NCBI GenBank assembly: GCA_965215005.1
Contig: CBDCCZ010000018.1
Span: 306,475-370,474, forward strand
Length of the DNA: 64,000 nucleotides
From: Kofleriaceae bacterium
GTDB taxonomy: Bacteria; Myxococcota_A; Polyangia; Haliangiales; Haliangiaceae
Direction: 5' to 3'
Part shown: positions 48,551 to 59,556 of the stretch, one piece after another
Position numbering within the stretch: position 1 is the stretch's first letter
Layout of the letters: every line of letters starts with the position of its first letter
Made by a program: the position numbers and the translations under genes
The notes under the pieces: generated by a model
Told to the model about the DNA's origin: nothing
The model's input: only the letters and a program-made list of their open reading frames with translations
Database searches by the model: none

Positions 48551-50453
48551 TCACTTCGCAGGCCCGCCAATTCGGCGCTCGACCTCATCGACGCTATGGC
48601 CGCCAATGGCGGCGCTGATCGCCCGATTCATGCGCTCCTGGGCAAACGGCTTTGAGGCGTGGTCGAGCGCTTCGATGCGCGAGCGGATCTGCAAGTAATC
48701 CTCTCCAGCCATCGCCGCTTCGAGCTCTGCCATTGCCGCTAGCGTAGCCTCGCGAACCGCCGGTTCGAGCAGCGCCGCATCGCGCTCCATCGCTGCGCGG
48801 GTCGCATCGAGGATGCGCTGCGCCTCGATGCGCTCGGTTTGCAGGTTGCGCCGCAACAGATCGTCTTCGGCGTGCTCGAACGACTCTAGGAGCATGCGCT
48901 CGACCTCTTCATCCGTGAGGCCGTACGACGGCTTGACCTCGATTTCGTTCTCGATGCCGGTCATCTGCTCGCGGGCCCGCACCCGCAACAATCCGTCGGC
49001 GTCGATCATGAAGGTGATCTCGAGACGCGCGGCGCCGGCGACCATCGGCGGAATGCCTTTGATCTGAAACTTCGCCAGCGACCGGCATCCGTCGACGGTC
49101 TCGCGCTCGCCCTGCAACACGTGAATGTCGAATCCGGTCTGGCGATCGGCGTAGGTCGTGAAGACCTGCTGCGCGCCGCAAGGAATGGTCGAATTGCGAT
49201 AGATGATCTTCTCGACCACGCCGCCCATGGTCTCGATGCCAAGAGACAGCGGAATGACGTCGAGGAGCACGACCTCTTGCGAGCCGCCAGCGAGCATGTC
49301 GGCCTGTGCAGCAGCGCCCAGCGCCACCACGTGCTCGGGATCGAGATCGCACAGCGGCTCGCGGCCAAACAGCTCCGCGACATACGCCTTGACCACCGGC
49401 GAGCGAGTCGAGCCACCCACCAAGATGACTCCATCGAGCTCGCTCTTGCGGAGCTCCGCATCGCGCAGCGCCCGCTTGCAGGCGGCAGCGGTGCGCGCAA
49501 GCAGCGGCTCCATGACGCGGCCCAGCTCCTGCCGACTCACCCGTCGTTCGAAGAGGCGGCCGTTGGGTAGCTCGAGCGAGAATAGCGCTTCGTCGGCCTC
49601 GCTGAGCCGCTCTTTCACCGAGCGCGCCGCGGCCAACGCACGGCGAACCAGCCGCCGGTCGCCTCCGCCTTCGGCCAATCCCGCCTCGGAAAGCAGCTGC
49701 TCGGCGAGGAGCCGGTCGAAATCGTCGCCACCAAGCGCCGAGTCGCCACCGGTCGCGCGCACCTCGAAGACGCCCTCGATCAGCTTGAGGATCGAGATGT
49801 CGAACGTGCCGCCCCCCAAGTCATAGACAGCGTAGAGCCCTTGCGAGCCGCGATCGAGGCCATAGGCGAGCGCCGCGGGCGGTTGGCTCGGCCAGAAGCC
49901 GCATGACGTCGAGTCCTGCCAAGCGGCCGGCGTCGCGAGTGGCCTGGCGCTGCGCATCGTCGAAGTAGGCAGGCACGGTGATGACCGCCGCCTCTACCTC
50001 CCCGAGCTGCGCCTGCGCGCGGCTCTTGAGGGCAGCCAGAATTTCGGCCGAGACCTCCACGGGCGTGACCGCTCGCTCGTTACCGGCAACCGCAAATCGC
50101 ACCACCCGGTCATCGGAGCTGGCGTGAAAGCGATACGGTGTCATCGCTCGCGTGGCTTCGGCATCGCGTGCCCCGCGGCCAACGAACCGCTTGGCGCTGG
50201 CGATGGTGTCGCTGGGACTCAACGCGGCACGCGCGAGCGCCTCGCGACCGACGATGACCTCGCCTCCGGGAGCGTAGTGAACCACCGAAGGCACCAGCGC
50301 TTCACCATCGGTATCGCGAATGATGGCCGGCGCACCGTCGACGACGTAAGCGATCAGGCTGTTGGTGGTGCCAAGATCGATCCCAACGGCGCGCGTTTTA
50401 CACGCCTCTTTGGGCGCAGAAGCACCGGGCTCGGAAATTTGGAAAAGACTCAT
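48551..50453 (-). CDS. hscA: Fe-S assembly chaperone HscA; +1 frameshift at ~49878
   Basis: [38 protein letters not shown] joined by removing one [15 protein letters not shown]. Confidence 0.93.
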
Positions 50454-51011
50454 AGCTCTCCCTCGATGTCGACTTCGAACTCCTCGAGGTAGCGACGGAT
50501 GTAACGCAAGAGAATCAGCTCACGCTTGAGCGAAGCCAGCACCTCCGCGCGCTCACCGCGGCCTGCTTCGAGCTCGCCAAACCCCGCGCCAAGGCGTTCG
50601 AGCGCCTCGTACTCGCGGTCTTCCATTTGCTCCTCGAGGCGGCCGAGCAAGACGCGATCGCCGCGCCGCTTGGCTTCCGCAAGCTCTTCGCGCAACTCGA
50701 GAATCTCTAGCAGAAACGTCGGATCGAGCTGCTCATTGGCGCCAATGGTGACCCCTTCACGAGCCAACAGATACTCCGCTCGAGGAGCTGGCTTGCGCAG
50801 GGTCTTGTAGGCATCGTTTAACTGCATCGACTTCTGCAGCGCCGCCACACGCTCGCCGGCGTCTGCGTTGATGAAGCGATCCGGGTGCACCTGCTTGGAG
50901 AGCTCGAGGTAGCGCTGCTCTAGCTCGCCGCGGTCGATAGCGAAGCGCGACGGTAAGCCGAGCAGCCCGAACAAATCGCCGGTGCCGCTCTTGGACTCAG
51001 ATAAAACTCAT
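50450..51011 (-). CDS. hscB: Co-chaperone HscB; +1 frameshift near start (~51004)
   Basis: HPDRF J-motif, [21 protein letters not shown] and ATG at 51011 give [17 protein letters not shown] after removing one T. Confidence 0.88.
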
Positions 51012-51108
51012 CGATTAGCTCCCGAAGACGCAGGGCCGCCAAAGACGCAGGTGGAGAGAGGATCGCGGCGCGAGCAACGCAGGCCGTGGATCTTCGCGGC
51101 AGCAGTCG

Positions 51109-51501
51109 CTAGAACTGCACCGATTCGCCGCAGCCGCAGGCGCCCTTGGCATTCGGATTGTTGAACTTGAAGCCGTGCCCCATCATCGTGCGCACGAAGT
51201 CGAGCTCGGTGCCTTTGAGATACACGAAGCTCTTGGGGTCGACTAGCAAGATCACGCCGTGCTGCGCGAACACCTTGTCGGTCGCGCGCGGCTCTCCGTC
51301 CGACCATTCGAACATGTACGAGAAGCCGGTGCAGCCGCCGCCGCGAATGCCCACGCGAATCGCTGCCGCGGGCGTGCCGCGTTTTTGCCGCTGGCGATCG
51401 ATCTCCTGCGCCGCCGATTCGGTGATGAGGATCGCCGGCGGCTTGGCCTCCACACCGGCGGCAGGAGCAGCGCCCATCGTCTCGGTCTGAACGTTCTCCA
51501 T
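51109..51501 (-). CDS. iscA: A-type Fe-S carrier IscA
   Basis: [25 protein letters not shown]. Confidence 0.93.
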   Translation of the reverse strand: MENVQTETMGAAPAAGVEAKPPAILITESAAQEIDRQRQKRGTPAAAIRVGIRGGGCTGFSYMFEWSDGEPRATDKVFAQHGVILLVDPKSFVYLKGTELDFVRTMMGHGFKFNNPNAKGACGCGESVQF

Positions 51502-51502
51502 G

Positions 51503-51884
51503 CTACCTGCTGCTCTTCTTCTTGTAGTCCTCGATAGCTGCCTTGATGGCATCCTCGGCGAGAACCGAACAGTGGATCTTGACCGGCGGCAGGTTGAGCT
51601 CCTTGGACGATCTTGGTGTTCTTGATCTCCGCCGCTTCTTCGATGGTCATTCCTTTGATCATCTCAGTAGCGAGCGAGGACGACGCGATCGCCGAGCCGC
51701 AGCCAAAGGTCTTGAAGCGCGCATCCGCGATGCGACCGTCCTTGACCCGAATCTGCAGCTTCATCACGTCGCCGCACGCAGGTGCTCCGACCAACCCGGT
51801 GCCGACATCCTCTTCGGATTTGTCGAGCGAGCCGACGTTGCGGGGATTTTCATAATGATCGATGACTTTGTTGCTGTACGCCAT
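51503..51884 (-). CDS. iscU: Fe-S scaffold IscU; +1 frameshift at ~51605
   Basis: [35 protein letters not shown], then |[20 protein letters not shown] after removing one C. Confidence 0.95.
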
Positions 51885-51901
51885 GGTGGTCCCCTCCGCT
51901 G

Positions 51902-53125
51902 CTAGTGCGGCGTCCATTCGATGGATTTTATGTCGATGCCTTCCTGGTGCATTTCCCAGAGAGGCGAGAGCTCACGGAGCCGGTTGACCGACCTCACGAC
52001 TAGGTCGACCACGTAGTCGACCTCTTCTTCGGTGTTAAAACGGCCCAGGCCGAAACGAATCGAGGTGTGCGCCAACTCATCACCCACGCCGAGCGCTCGC
52101 AGCACATACGACGGCTCGAGCGAAGCCGAGGTGCATGCCGAGCCCGACGACACGGCAACGTCTTTGAGAGCCATGAGCAGCGACTCGCCCTCGACAAAGG
52201 CGAACGAGATGTTGAGGTTGCCCGGCAAACGATGCTCCATCGAGCCGTTGACGAACACCTCATCGAGCTGCGAGCTGATGCCGCGGTGAAGACGCTCGCG
52301 CAGTGCTCTGATGCGCTTGACCTCGCTGGCCATTTCTTCCTTGGCGAGCGCAGCGGCCCTGCCGAAGCCAGCAATCATCGGAACTGGCAACGTGCCCGAG
52401 CGCATGCCGCGCTCATGACCGCCGCCATCGATGAGAGGGTCGATTCGCACCCGCGGCTTGCGTCGCACCCACAGCGCGCCGATGCCCTTGGGCCCGTACA
52501 TCTTGTGCGCCGACATCGCCACCAAGTCGACGTTCATCGTGCTCACGTCGAACGGCAACTTACCGACGCTCTGTACCGCGTCGCAGTGAAACACGACCTT
52601 GGGATTCTTTGCCTTGATGGCCGCGCCAATCTCAGCAATGGGCTGCACGACGCCAATCTCGTTGTTGGCGTGCATGATGCTGACGACCGTGGTCTTGTCA
52701 GTCATCGCCGCCACCACCTGCTCTGGCGTCACCAGCCCGTCGTCTGCGGGCCGCAGAAAGGTGACTTCGTAGCCCTCGCGCGAGAGGCGCTTGCAGGTAT
52801 CGATAACCGCCTTGTGCTCGGTTTCGACCGTGATGATGTGATTGCCGCGCCGCTTGTTGAAGGACGCCGCGCCCTTGATGGCGAGGTTGTCGGACTCGGT
52901 CGCGCCGGAGGTGAAGACGATCTCTTTGGCGGTGCCGCCAATGAGCGCCGCAATTTGCTCGCGCGCTAGATCGACCGCGGCCTCGGCGTCCCACCCGAAG
53001 GCGTGATTGCGGCTAGCGGCGTTGCCGAACTTTTCCGTGAAATACGGCAGCATCGTCTCGACGACACGCGGGTCGACCGGCGTCGTCGAGTGGTTGTCCA
53101 TGAAAATGGGGAGCTTGAGCGCCAT
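51902..53125 (-). CDS. iscS: Cysteine desulfurase IscS
   Basis: [52 protein letters not shown]-terminal tail. Confidence 0.97.
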   Translation of the reverse strand: MALKLPIFMDNHSTTPVDPRVVETMLPYFTEKFGNAASRNHAFGWDAEAAVDLAREQIAALIGGTAKEIVFTSGATESDNLAIKGAASFNKRRGNHIITVETEHKAVIDTCKRLSREGYEVTFLRPADDGLVTPEQVVAAMTDKTTVVSIMHANNEIGVVQPIAEIGAAIKAKNPKVVFHCDAVQSVGKLPFDVSTMNVDLVAMSAHKMYGPKGIGALWVRRKPRVRIDPLIDGGGHERGMRSGTLPVPMIAGFGRAAALAKEEMASEVKRIRALRERLHRGISSQLDEVFVNGSMEHRLPGNLNISFAFVEGESLLMALKDVAVSSGSACTSASLEPSYVLRALGVGDELAHTSIRFGLGRFNTEEEVDYVVDLVVRSVNRLRELSPLWEMHQEGIDIKSIEWTPH

Positions 53126-53126
53126 G

Positions 53127-53675
53127 TCAGTGGGTTTCCTCGTGTTCCTTCTTGAGGTCGGAGGCGGGCACGTCGTACCCGCCGCTCGCAGCGGTCTGCG
53201 ACAGTCCGGCAAACAGCGGCGGCGCCGTGCCTCGCTCATGCCCCTGGTGATCGCACGAGAGGCATTCGGTGGGCGTGTAGCTCGGCGAGCACTGATGGCA
53301 CGAGTCGAGATACTCGAGCGCTTCTTCTAGATCGTTCTCGATCACCCGCAGCTGGGTGATCTGGCCGCGAATGGCGTCGAGCTTGGCGCGGAATACCGAA
53401 CGCGCGTGGTCCGTGGCTTCTTTGCCCGAGTTTGCCTGCTCGAACTCCGCAACGAATCCTTGAATTTCCGAGAGCTTGAAACCGATCGCCTGCAGCTTGA
53501 TGATCCAGTGGATGCGGTCGGCGGCATCCGGCGCGTAGAGACGAAAGCCGCCTTCGGTGCGCATGGCAGGCTGAAGCAGCCCGAGCTCCTCGTAGAGATG
53601 CACGGCGCGGACGGTCTTAGTGACTGCCTTGGCCAGCTCGCCTACTCGAAGAAGTTTGCCGTGCTTTCCCGCCAT
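53127..53675 (-). CDS. MerR-family transcription regulator with C-terminal CxxC-x8-CxxC
   Basis: [40 protein letters not shown], coiled coil, [16 protein letters not shown]. Stop lies 1 nt before the iscS ATG. Confidence 0.9.
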   Translation of the reverse strand: MAGKHGKLLRVGELAKAVTKTVRAVHLYEELGLLQPAMRTEGGFRLYAPDAADRIHWIIKLQAIGFKLSEIQGFVAEFEQANSGKEATDHARSVFRAKLDAIRGQITQLRVIENDLEEALEYLDSCHQCSPSYTPTECLSCDHQGHERGTAPPLFAGLSQTAASGGYDVPASDLKKEHEETH

Positions 53676-53694
53676 AATCGTGTTCCAAACAGCA

Positions 53695-53787
53695 AACCGA
53701 ACGTGCACGTAAGGGTTGGCTGTCGTTGGGAGACTATGGAGGTGTGGGATAGCCGTGTCAACCGCAATCTCACGTGAACGTAAGGGA
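53695..53787 (-). promoter_or_regulatory. Promoter of merR-isc operon with two palindromic operators
   Basis: Minus strand TTGACA (53761-53756)-N17-CATAGT (53738-53733). Operator cores ACGTGCACGT (53701-53710) and ACGTGAACGT (53772-53781), each followed by AAGGG on the plus strand. Confidence 0.75.
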
Positions 53788-53951
53788 TCCGGTCGCGAGC
53801 AACCGGGGAAGCCGGCGGTGTTCAAGGAGCCGGCATGATGCCGCCATTCCCATCCCGCGCGCGTGTGGCCGCGCTCGATCCCGCGCAGCGCGTGCCTCGC
53901 GAGAACGAGCGCGTGCGTCTCGAGTACGCGGACTTCTCCGTGGCGGACGGT

Positions 53952-55520
53952 TCAACTCGCCGTCGCGACGGCTTCGTACGCGCGAATTACCGTGACCTTG
54001 ATCTGCCCCGGAAAGGTCATCTGCTCGCTGATCTCTGCGGCGATGTCGCTCGACAGCTCGACGACGTCGAGGTCCGACAGCTCTTTCTCCCGCACGTAGA
54101 CCCGCAGCTCCCGCCCCCCGTGCACCGCGTGGGCGCGCTCGACACCGCGGTGGTGGGCGCCGATTCGCTCCAGATCATCGAGCTTGGCGCCAAAGCCTTC
54201 GGTCGCCTCTCGCCGGGCTCCAGGACGCGCGCCGCTCATCGCATCGGCGGCAGCCACGAGGTATGCGTATACCGAGCTCGGCGGCTCGTCGGCGTGATGC
54301 GCGCCGATCGCATTGGCAATGATTTCGTCCTCGCCGAGACGCCGCGCAATGTCGGCGCCGATCACCGCGTGGGAGCCTTCAATCTTGTGCGTGAGCGCCT
54401 TGCCGATGTCGTGCATCAGCGTCGCGCGGCGCGCCAGCTTGACGTCGAGCCCCATCTCCGCCGCGATCATGCCGCCCAAGAACGACGCCTCCACGGCGTG
54501 CAGCCACTGATTTTGTGTGTAGCTGGTGCGGTAGTTGAGAGCGCCCACCAAGTCGACGATTTCATCGTGCGCCTTGGGAATCTGCAGCACCGCGAACGCC
54601 TTCTTGCCGAGCGCGCGAATCTCCTGCTCGAGAGTGCTGCGAATGCCCCCAGCCCAGGCCTGCGGATCGGCAAGGCACGCCTGCACTTGGCTCTTGCGCT
54701 TGCCCAGCCGCGTGAGCGCCCGCCGAGCAACCTCGCGCCCCACCCCATCGAGCCCGTCGAGGCGAATGGCATCGCCGTCATCGCCGATCAGCAGCGCAAT
54801 ATTTGCCGCATGTTCCAGTGCCTGATGGACGCGGCCGCCATCGCTCTGGAGAAGCTGGCAAATCTCTTCCCCCACACGCAGCGTCGAGCGATTGCGCTCG
54901 GTCAAAAAGTGATTCTTGTAGCGACCCGAGGCGATGTCCATAAATCGCTTGGCAGCGCGATCGTAGCTCGGATCTGCCGCGCCTAGATCGACACCACGCA
55001 GCCGTGCCGCCGCCTCTGCCTGCGCCTCTTCGAGCCAGCGACTGGTGAGCAGCTCCTGCATCTCGCTGCTCGCCATCTGCGCGGCGCCCTCGAGCTGCGC
55101 TCGCGCCTGCTCGTGACGCTCGGCCGCCCGCCGCTTGCCCTCTTGCGCCGCTTGCCGCTGCGCTTTGGCCGCGTCTTGACGGGCGTCGAGCTCTGCATGC
55201 GCGCGGTCGACCTCGGCAGCGTCCTCGTCGACAGCAGCGGCACGCCGCTCGGCACGCTCTTGCCGGCGCGCTAACTCCTCGGTGCCCTTGGCGATGGCAT
55301 CCTCCGCCAGCGCGCGTTGCTCGAGCGCCTCCTCGCGAGCGGCGGTCTCGGCGGCGCGCCGCAACGCCGCGGCCTCGAGCCGCGCCCCACGCACCGCCGC
55401 CTTGGCCTCGGCGTGGGCGGTTTCGATGACCCGCCGGTGACGCTGCCGCGCGGCCGTGCGCACCACCACCATGGCGACTACCGCAGCGACGGCTCCAACG
55501 ACGACAGCAATCCAGAACAT
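53952..55520 (-). CDS. rny: Ribonuclease Y-like protein (TM, coiled coil, degenerate KH, HD, C-terminal domain)
   Basis: YRTSYTQN, MHDIGKA, GSHAVIGA, AADAMSGARPGARRE, GGRELRV, FPGQIKVTVIR. Confidence 0.85.
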   Translation of the reverse strand: MFWIAVVVGAVAAVVAMVVVRTAARQRHRRVIETAHAEAKAAVRGARLEAAALRRAAETAAREEALEQRALAEDAIAKGTEELARRQERAERRAAAVDEDAAEVDRAHAELDARQDAAKAQRQAAQEGKRRAAERHEQARAQLEGAAQMASSEMQELLTSRWLEEAQAEAAARLRGVDLGAADPSYDRAAKRFMDIASGRYKNHFLTERNRSTLRVGEEICQLLQSDGGRVHQALEHAANIALLIGDDGDAIRLDGLDGVGREVARRALTRLGKRKSQVQACLADPQAWAGGIRSTLEQEIRALGKKAFAVLQIPKAHDEIVDLVGALNYRTSYTQNQWLHAVEASFLGGMIAAEMGLDVKLARRATLMHDIGKALTHKIEGSHAVIGADIARRLGEDEIIANAIGAHHADEPPSSVYAYLVAAADAMSGARPGARREATEGFGAKLDDLERIGAHHRGVERAHAVHGGRELRVYVREKELSDLDVVELSSDIAAEISEQMTFPGQIKVTVIRAYEAVATAS

Positions 55521-55597
55521 CGCTCTAGCCTAGCCGATTTCGGCGTTTGGCCCGCGGCGCATTGCGGCGGGAACGACGCCGGTCCTTGCCGATGCGT

Positions 55598-56767
55598 TCA
55601 TCCTCCCGCGCAAAACTGCACGTAGTCGATGAGCTCGATCTCGCTGCGATCGACGCCCTCGCCGCAGGTCGGGCACGCAGGATCGCGCCGAAGCTTGAGC
55701 TCACGGAACTTGGTTCGCAGCGCATCGTAAACGAGCAAGCGCCCCGCCAGCGACGTGCCGATCCCGAGCACGAGCTTGACCGCCTCGGTCGCCTGCAGCA
55801 CGCCCATGATTCCGGGCAGCACCCCGAGCACGCCCGCCTCCTGGCACGACGGCGCCTCTTCCGGAGGCGGAGGCTCGGGATAGAGGCAGCGGTAGCAAGG
55901 CGCGCCGTCGCCTGGAAAGACAGTGATCTGACCTTCGAAGCGAAAGATCGACGAATGCACCACCGGCTTGCCCAGCTTGAGCGCTGCGTCATTCAGCAAA
56001 TAACGGGTGGCGAAGTTGTCGGCCCCATCGACGATGACATCGTACGGAGCGATCAGCTCGAGCACGTTGTCCGAGGTCATCCGCAGCGCGTGCTTGTTGA
56101 TCTTGACGTCGGGATTGAGCTTGCTGAGCGTGAGCTCGGCGCTATCGACCTTGGGCATGCCGATGCGATCGGTGGCATGAAGAATTTGTCGCTGCAGATT
56201 CGAAGCGTCGACGACATCGTCATCAACGAGGCCGACGGTGCCCACGCCCGCAGCCGCCAGATACAGCGACGACGGCGACCCGAGCCCGCCCGCGCCAATG
56301 CACAACACCTTGGAGCGCAGCAGCGCGATCTGCCCCTCTTGCCCCACTTCCGGCAGCATCGTGTGCCGCGAGTAGCGAACCTCTTGCTCCGGCGTCATCA
56401 CGATGGGCGTCTTAAACGCGTACCCGGAGCGCTTCCAGGCGCCAAACCCGCCGGCCATCGACCTCACATCGGTGTACCCGAGCTCGCGCAAGCTTCGCGC
56501 CGCCAGCGCCGAGCGGGTGCCACCAGCGCAATACAGCACCACCGGGCGGTCTCGCTCCGCGACCAGATCTTCGATGCGAAGCTCGAGAAATCCCCTCGGG
56601 ATCCACCGCGCGCCGGGAATATGCCCTTGGACATACTCATTTTGCTCCCGCACATCGATGAGGGTGACCGGGCCCAGTCCGCTCTCAACGAGCTCCTTGA
56701 CCTGTTGCGCGTCGGTCTCGGCAATCTCAGCTTTGATGGCTTCCAGATAGGTTTGAAACGTCGGCAT
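55598..56767 (-). CDS. moeB: Rhodanese-ThiF/MoeB sulfur-carrier adenylyltransferase (MoeZ-type)
   Basis: N-terminal rhodanese YCAGGTRS; RYSRH, GAGGLG, SNLQRQ, PCYRC, CPTC. Confidence 0.92.
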   Translation of the reverse strand: MPTFQTYLEAIKAEIAETDAQQVKELVESGLGPVTLIDVREQNEYVQGHIPGARWIPRGFLELRIEDLVAERDRPVVLYCAGGTRSALAARSLRELGYTDVRSMAGGFGAWKRSGYAFKTPIVMTPEQEVRYSRHTMLPEVGQEGQIALLRSKVLCIGAGGLGSPSSLYLAAAGVGTVGLVDDDVVDASNLQRQILHATDRIGMPKVDSAELTLSKLNPDVKINKHALRMTSDNVLELIAPYDVIVDGADNFATRYLLNDAALKLGKPVVHSSIFRFEGQITVFPGDGAPCYRCLYPEPPPPEEAPSCQEAGVLGVLPGIMGVLQATEAVKLVLGIGTSLAGRLLVYDALRTKFRELKLRRDPACPTCGEGVDRSEIELIDYVQFCAGG

Positions 56768-56904
56768 GAGCTCCTCGAGTTTGTTCGTAGTCGGCCATCG
56801 CGCTGCTGTCAAACGGTTTCATCACAAACCCGACCGGACATATCGGAAATTCGTGGCAAAGGATGCCACTCGCGGCCCTTGCTCGCGACCGCGCGGCCGC
56901 CCCT

Positions 56905-56966
56905 TTGACAGCGCCCGTCTCCGTCGCCATAGTGGACTTCACGCAACCCTTACCTGCACGTAAGCC
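56905..56966 (+). promoter_or_regulatory. erpA promoter with the same operator as the isc promoter
   Basis: TTGACA (56905)-N17-CATAGT (56928); CAACCCTTACCTGCACGTAAG at 56944-56964. Confidence 0.75.
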
Positions 56967-57000
56967 TGAGAGTGGTTCGTCCCCAGGCGCATCAGCGAGA

Positions 57001-57405
<405 letters not shown>

Positions 57406-57458
57406 CCACGCCATCGCTCGCCCTGCGTGTGGGCCTCCGCCCATCGAAACAGCTCGTT

Positions 57459-57489
57459 GCTAGCGGTTCACGAGGCGTGAGCCGCTAGC
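57459..57489. terminator. Hairpin between convergent genes (member of REP-like family)
   Basis: GCTAGCGGTTCACG-AGG-CGTGAGCCGCTAGC. Confidence 0.7.
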
Positions 57490-57494
57490 GGCCA

Positions 57495-57539
57495 GACGTT
57501 TGCTCACTCCACGGCGACGTTTGCTCACTCCACGGCGAC
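57495..57539. repeat. Perfect 21-bp tandem duplication over a stop codon
   Basis: GACGTTTGCTCACTCCACGGC x2. Confidence 0.9.
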
Positions 57540-58409
57540 AAACGAGGTCATCTGCCAGTCGCCAGCGGCGGCGGGAGCGAACGTCGCGCGCCAAGGATGC
57601 GAGCCGGTACCAGGACACCGAACGTAGTCGGGCCGGTCGGGCACGCAGGCTTGGTCAAGCGTTTGAATCAGCGCGGCTAGGAGCGTGTCGTCGGCTTTCC
57701 ACATGATGATGGCGGTGTCGGCACTGCCGGCAGCGCCAAGGCTCCACGTGAAGTCGGCGGCCAAACGCTGGCGAAGACGCTTGTAGTCGCGCGAGCGCGC
57801 AGCGTCGTAAACGGCGGCGACAGTCGCCGCGGCCGGGGCTGGCAGCGCACCGAACCGGGCGGGATCGACGCCGGTGCGGGGAGCTGCGGTCTCGGCGACC
57901 TTGACGACCACCGCATGCTCCTCGAGGCGCTTGTGGATGGCGAGCTGCAACGCTTCGGTGCGGCCTTTGAGCCATTCCGGTTGATCGCCGCCGCGTAGCT
58001 CCTGAGGAACCTCGCCGGTGGTGAGCTTTGAAGCGACGCCTTCGACCTTCACTCGCCACGGCTCGCCGCCAACGACGTGCACGTCGAAGCGCACGAAGTA
58101 GAAGTCTTGCAGCGAGCCAGTGAGGCTGCCGCCGGATCCCTGGGTGCGGCCGACGCGATCGCCACCGGTGCCCAGCCGCACTTGATGCCACGCGGTCTTG
58201 ATGGTGCCGGTCGATGGATCATCGTTGACGTTGGGATACAGCTGCCGCACTGCCGCGACGGCTTCGCTGAAGACCACCGCGAAATCCGCGCGATATCCCG
58301 AGCGTTGCGCGACGCGAATCTCGCTCGCGGAGGCACCGCAGCCGAGAACCAGGGCCACGAGCGCGACGAAGAAAGACGTGTTACCAATCCGCTGCTTGCA
58401 CATGTTCAT
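57525..58409 (-). CDS. Hypothetical lipoprotein
   Basis: LVLGC lipobox; intact 294-aa ORF. Confidence 0.7.
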   Translation of the reverse strand: MNMCKQRIGNTSFFVALVALVLGCGASASEIRVAQRSGYRADFAVVFSEAVAAVRQLYPNVNDDPSTGTIKTAWHQVRLGTGGDRVGRTQGSGGSLTGSLQDFYFVRFDVHVVGGEPWRVKVEGVASKLTTGEVPQELRGGDQPEWLKGRTEALQLAIHKRLEEHAVVVKVAETAAPRTGVDPARFGALPAPAAATVAAVYDAARSRDYKRLRQRLAADFTWSLGAAGSADTAIIMWKADDTLLAALIQTLDQACVPDRPDYVRCPGTGSHPWRATFAPAAAGDWQMTSFVAVE

Positions 58410-58462
58410 CGTTTCTTGCGCCGCACCCGCCTTTGCGAGCCGGCGATTGTTTGCAGAGACTC

Positions 58463-59135
58463 ATGGGCGGTAAACCGAGAATCACGCGCGCCTTTGCGCC
58501 ACCAGAGCCGCGCAGGGTGGCCGAAATCCTCGAGCTATTGCAAGCCACGTGGGGCCACGCGGTGTGCGAGCTGGATCATCAGAATGCCTATCAGCTGCTG
58601 GTCGCAACGATCCTGAGCGCTCAGTCCACGGATAAGCGCATCAACTTGGTCACGCCCGGGTTGTTTCGACGCTACCCGACTCCGGCGGCTCTGGCCGTGG
58701 CCGATCCCGCCGAGCTCGAGGTGGAAATCCACTCGACCGGGTTCTTTCGTAACAAGGCCAAAAGCCTGCTCGGCATGGCTCGGTTGGTGGTCGAGCGCCA
58801 CGGCGGCGAGATTCCACCAACGATGGCCGAGCTCGTCGCCCTGCCCGGCGTTGCGCGAAAAACCGCCAACGTGGTTCTCGGCACCGCCTACGGCATCGCC
58901 GACGGCATCGTGGTCGATACGCATGTTCAGCGGCTGAGTCAGCGGCTTCATCTAACCGCGGCCAGCGAGCCCACACAGATCGAGCGCGACCTGATGGAAC
59001 GCATCCCGCGCAACCGCTGGATCGACTTCGCGCAGCAGCTCATCTGGCATGGCCGCCGCATCTGCCACGCGCGCAAGCCCGCGTGTCAAACCTGCCCGCT
59101 GGCGGCCGGTGTGTCCGGAGGGCGCGGGTGTGTGA
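58463..59135 (+). CDS. nth: Endonuclease III; frameshift near the C-terminal Fe-S motif
   Basis: LSAQSTD, LPGVARKTAN (HhH), VDTHV, CHARKPACQTCPL..|VCP. Confidence 0.93.
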
Positions 59136-59556
59136 CCGCGCCGCGGGTCGCGCGTTGGCGGCATTGCCTTTGATGGAGCCGGTCGCGTGCTCCTGGTGCA
59201 GCGCGGCCAGCCCCCGGCGGAAGGCTTGTGGACGGTTCCCGGCGGCAAGGTCGAGCTCGGCGAGAGCCTGCCGCAGGCGGTGGCGCGTGAGCTCGTCGAG
59301 GAGACGGGTCTGGTCGTCGAGGTTGGCGAGTTGGCAGCGGTTGGTCGATCGGATCTCGCGGGATGCCTGCGGCGCCATCGGCTTCCACTACGTGATCCTC
59401 GACTACCTTGTCGCCGTCACTTGGCGGCACTCTCGTCGCCGGCAGCGACGTACGCGCCGCCCGCTGGGTGAGTCCGCACGAGCTGGCAACCCTGCCGGTT
59501 CACCGAGGGGCTCCTCGAGGTTCTCGACCGCGCTCGCCGCGCTCCCTCGCCGCTAG
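59132..59556 (+). CDS. NUDIX hydrolase (several indels)
   Basis: PGGKVELGESLPQAVARELVEETGL Nudix box; HYVILDY and AGSDVRAARW in other frames. Confidence 0.8.

Noticed and set aside
48094..51606. Programmed frameshifting or pseudogenisation of the isc genes
   Set aside because: No slippery heptamers seen; the indels are all single-base homopolymer extensions consistent with sequencing error.
53785..53890. Possible 6S RNA next to rny (CCTTGAAC on minus strand)
   Set aside because: Only short local hairpins found by eye, with no long closing stem; needs cmscan.
57495..57539. Short direct repeats here and at 14594 and 33534 as CRISPR arrays
   Set aside because: No spacers, few copies, no cas genes.
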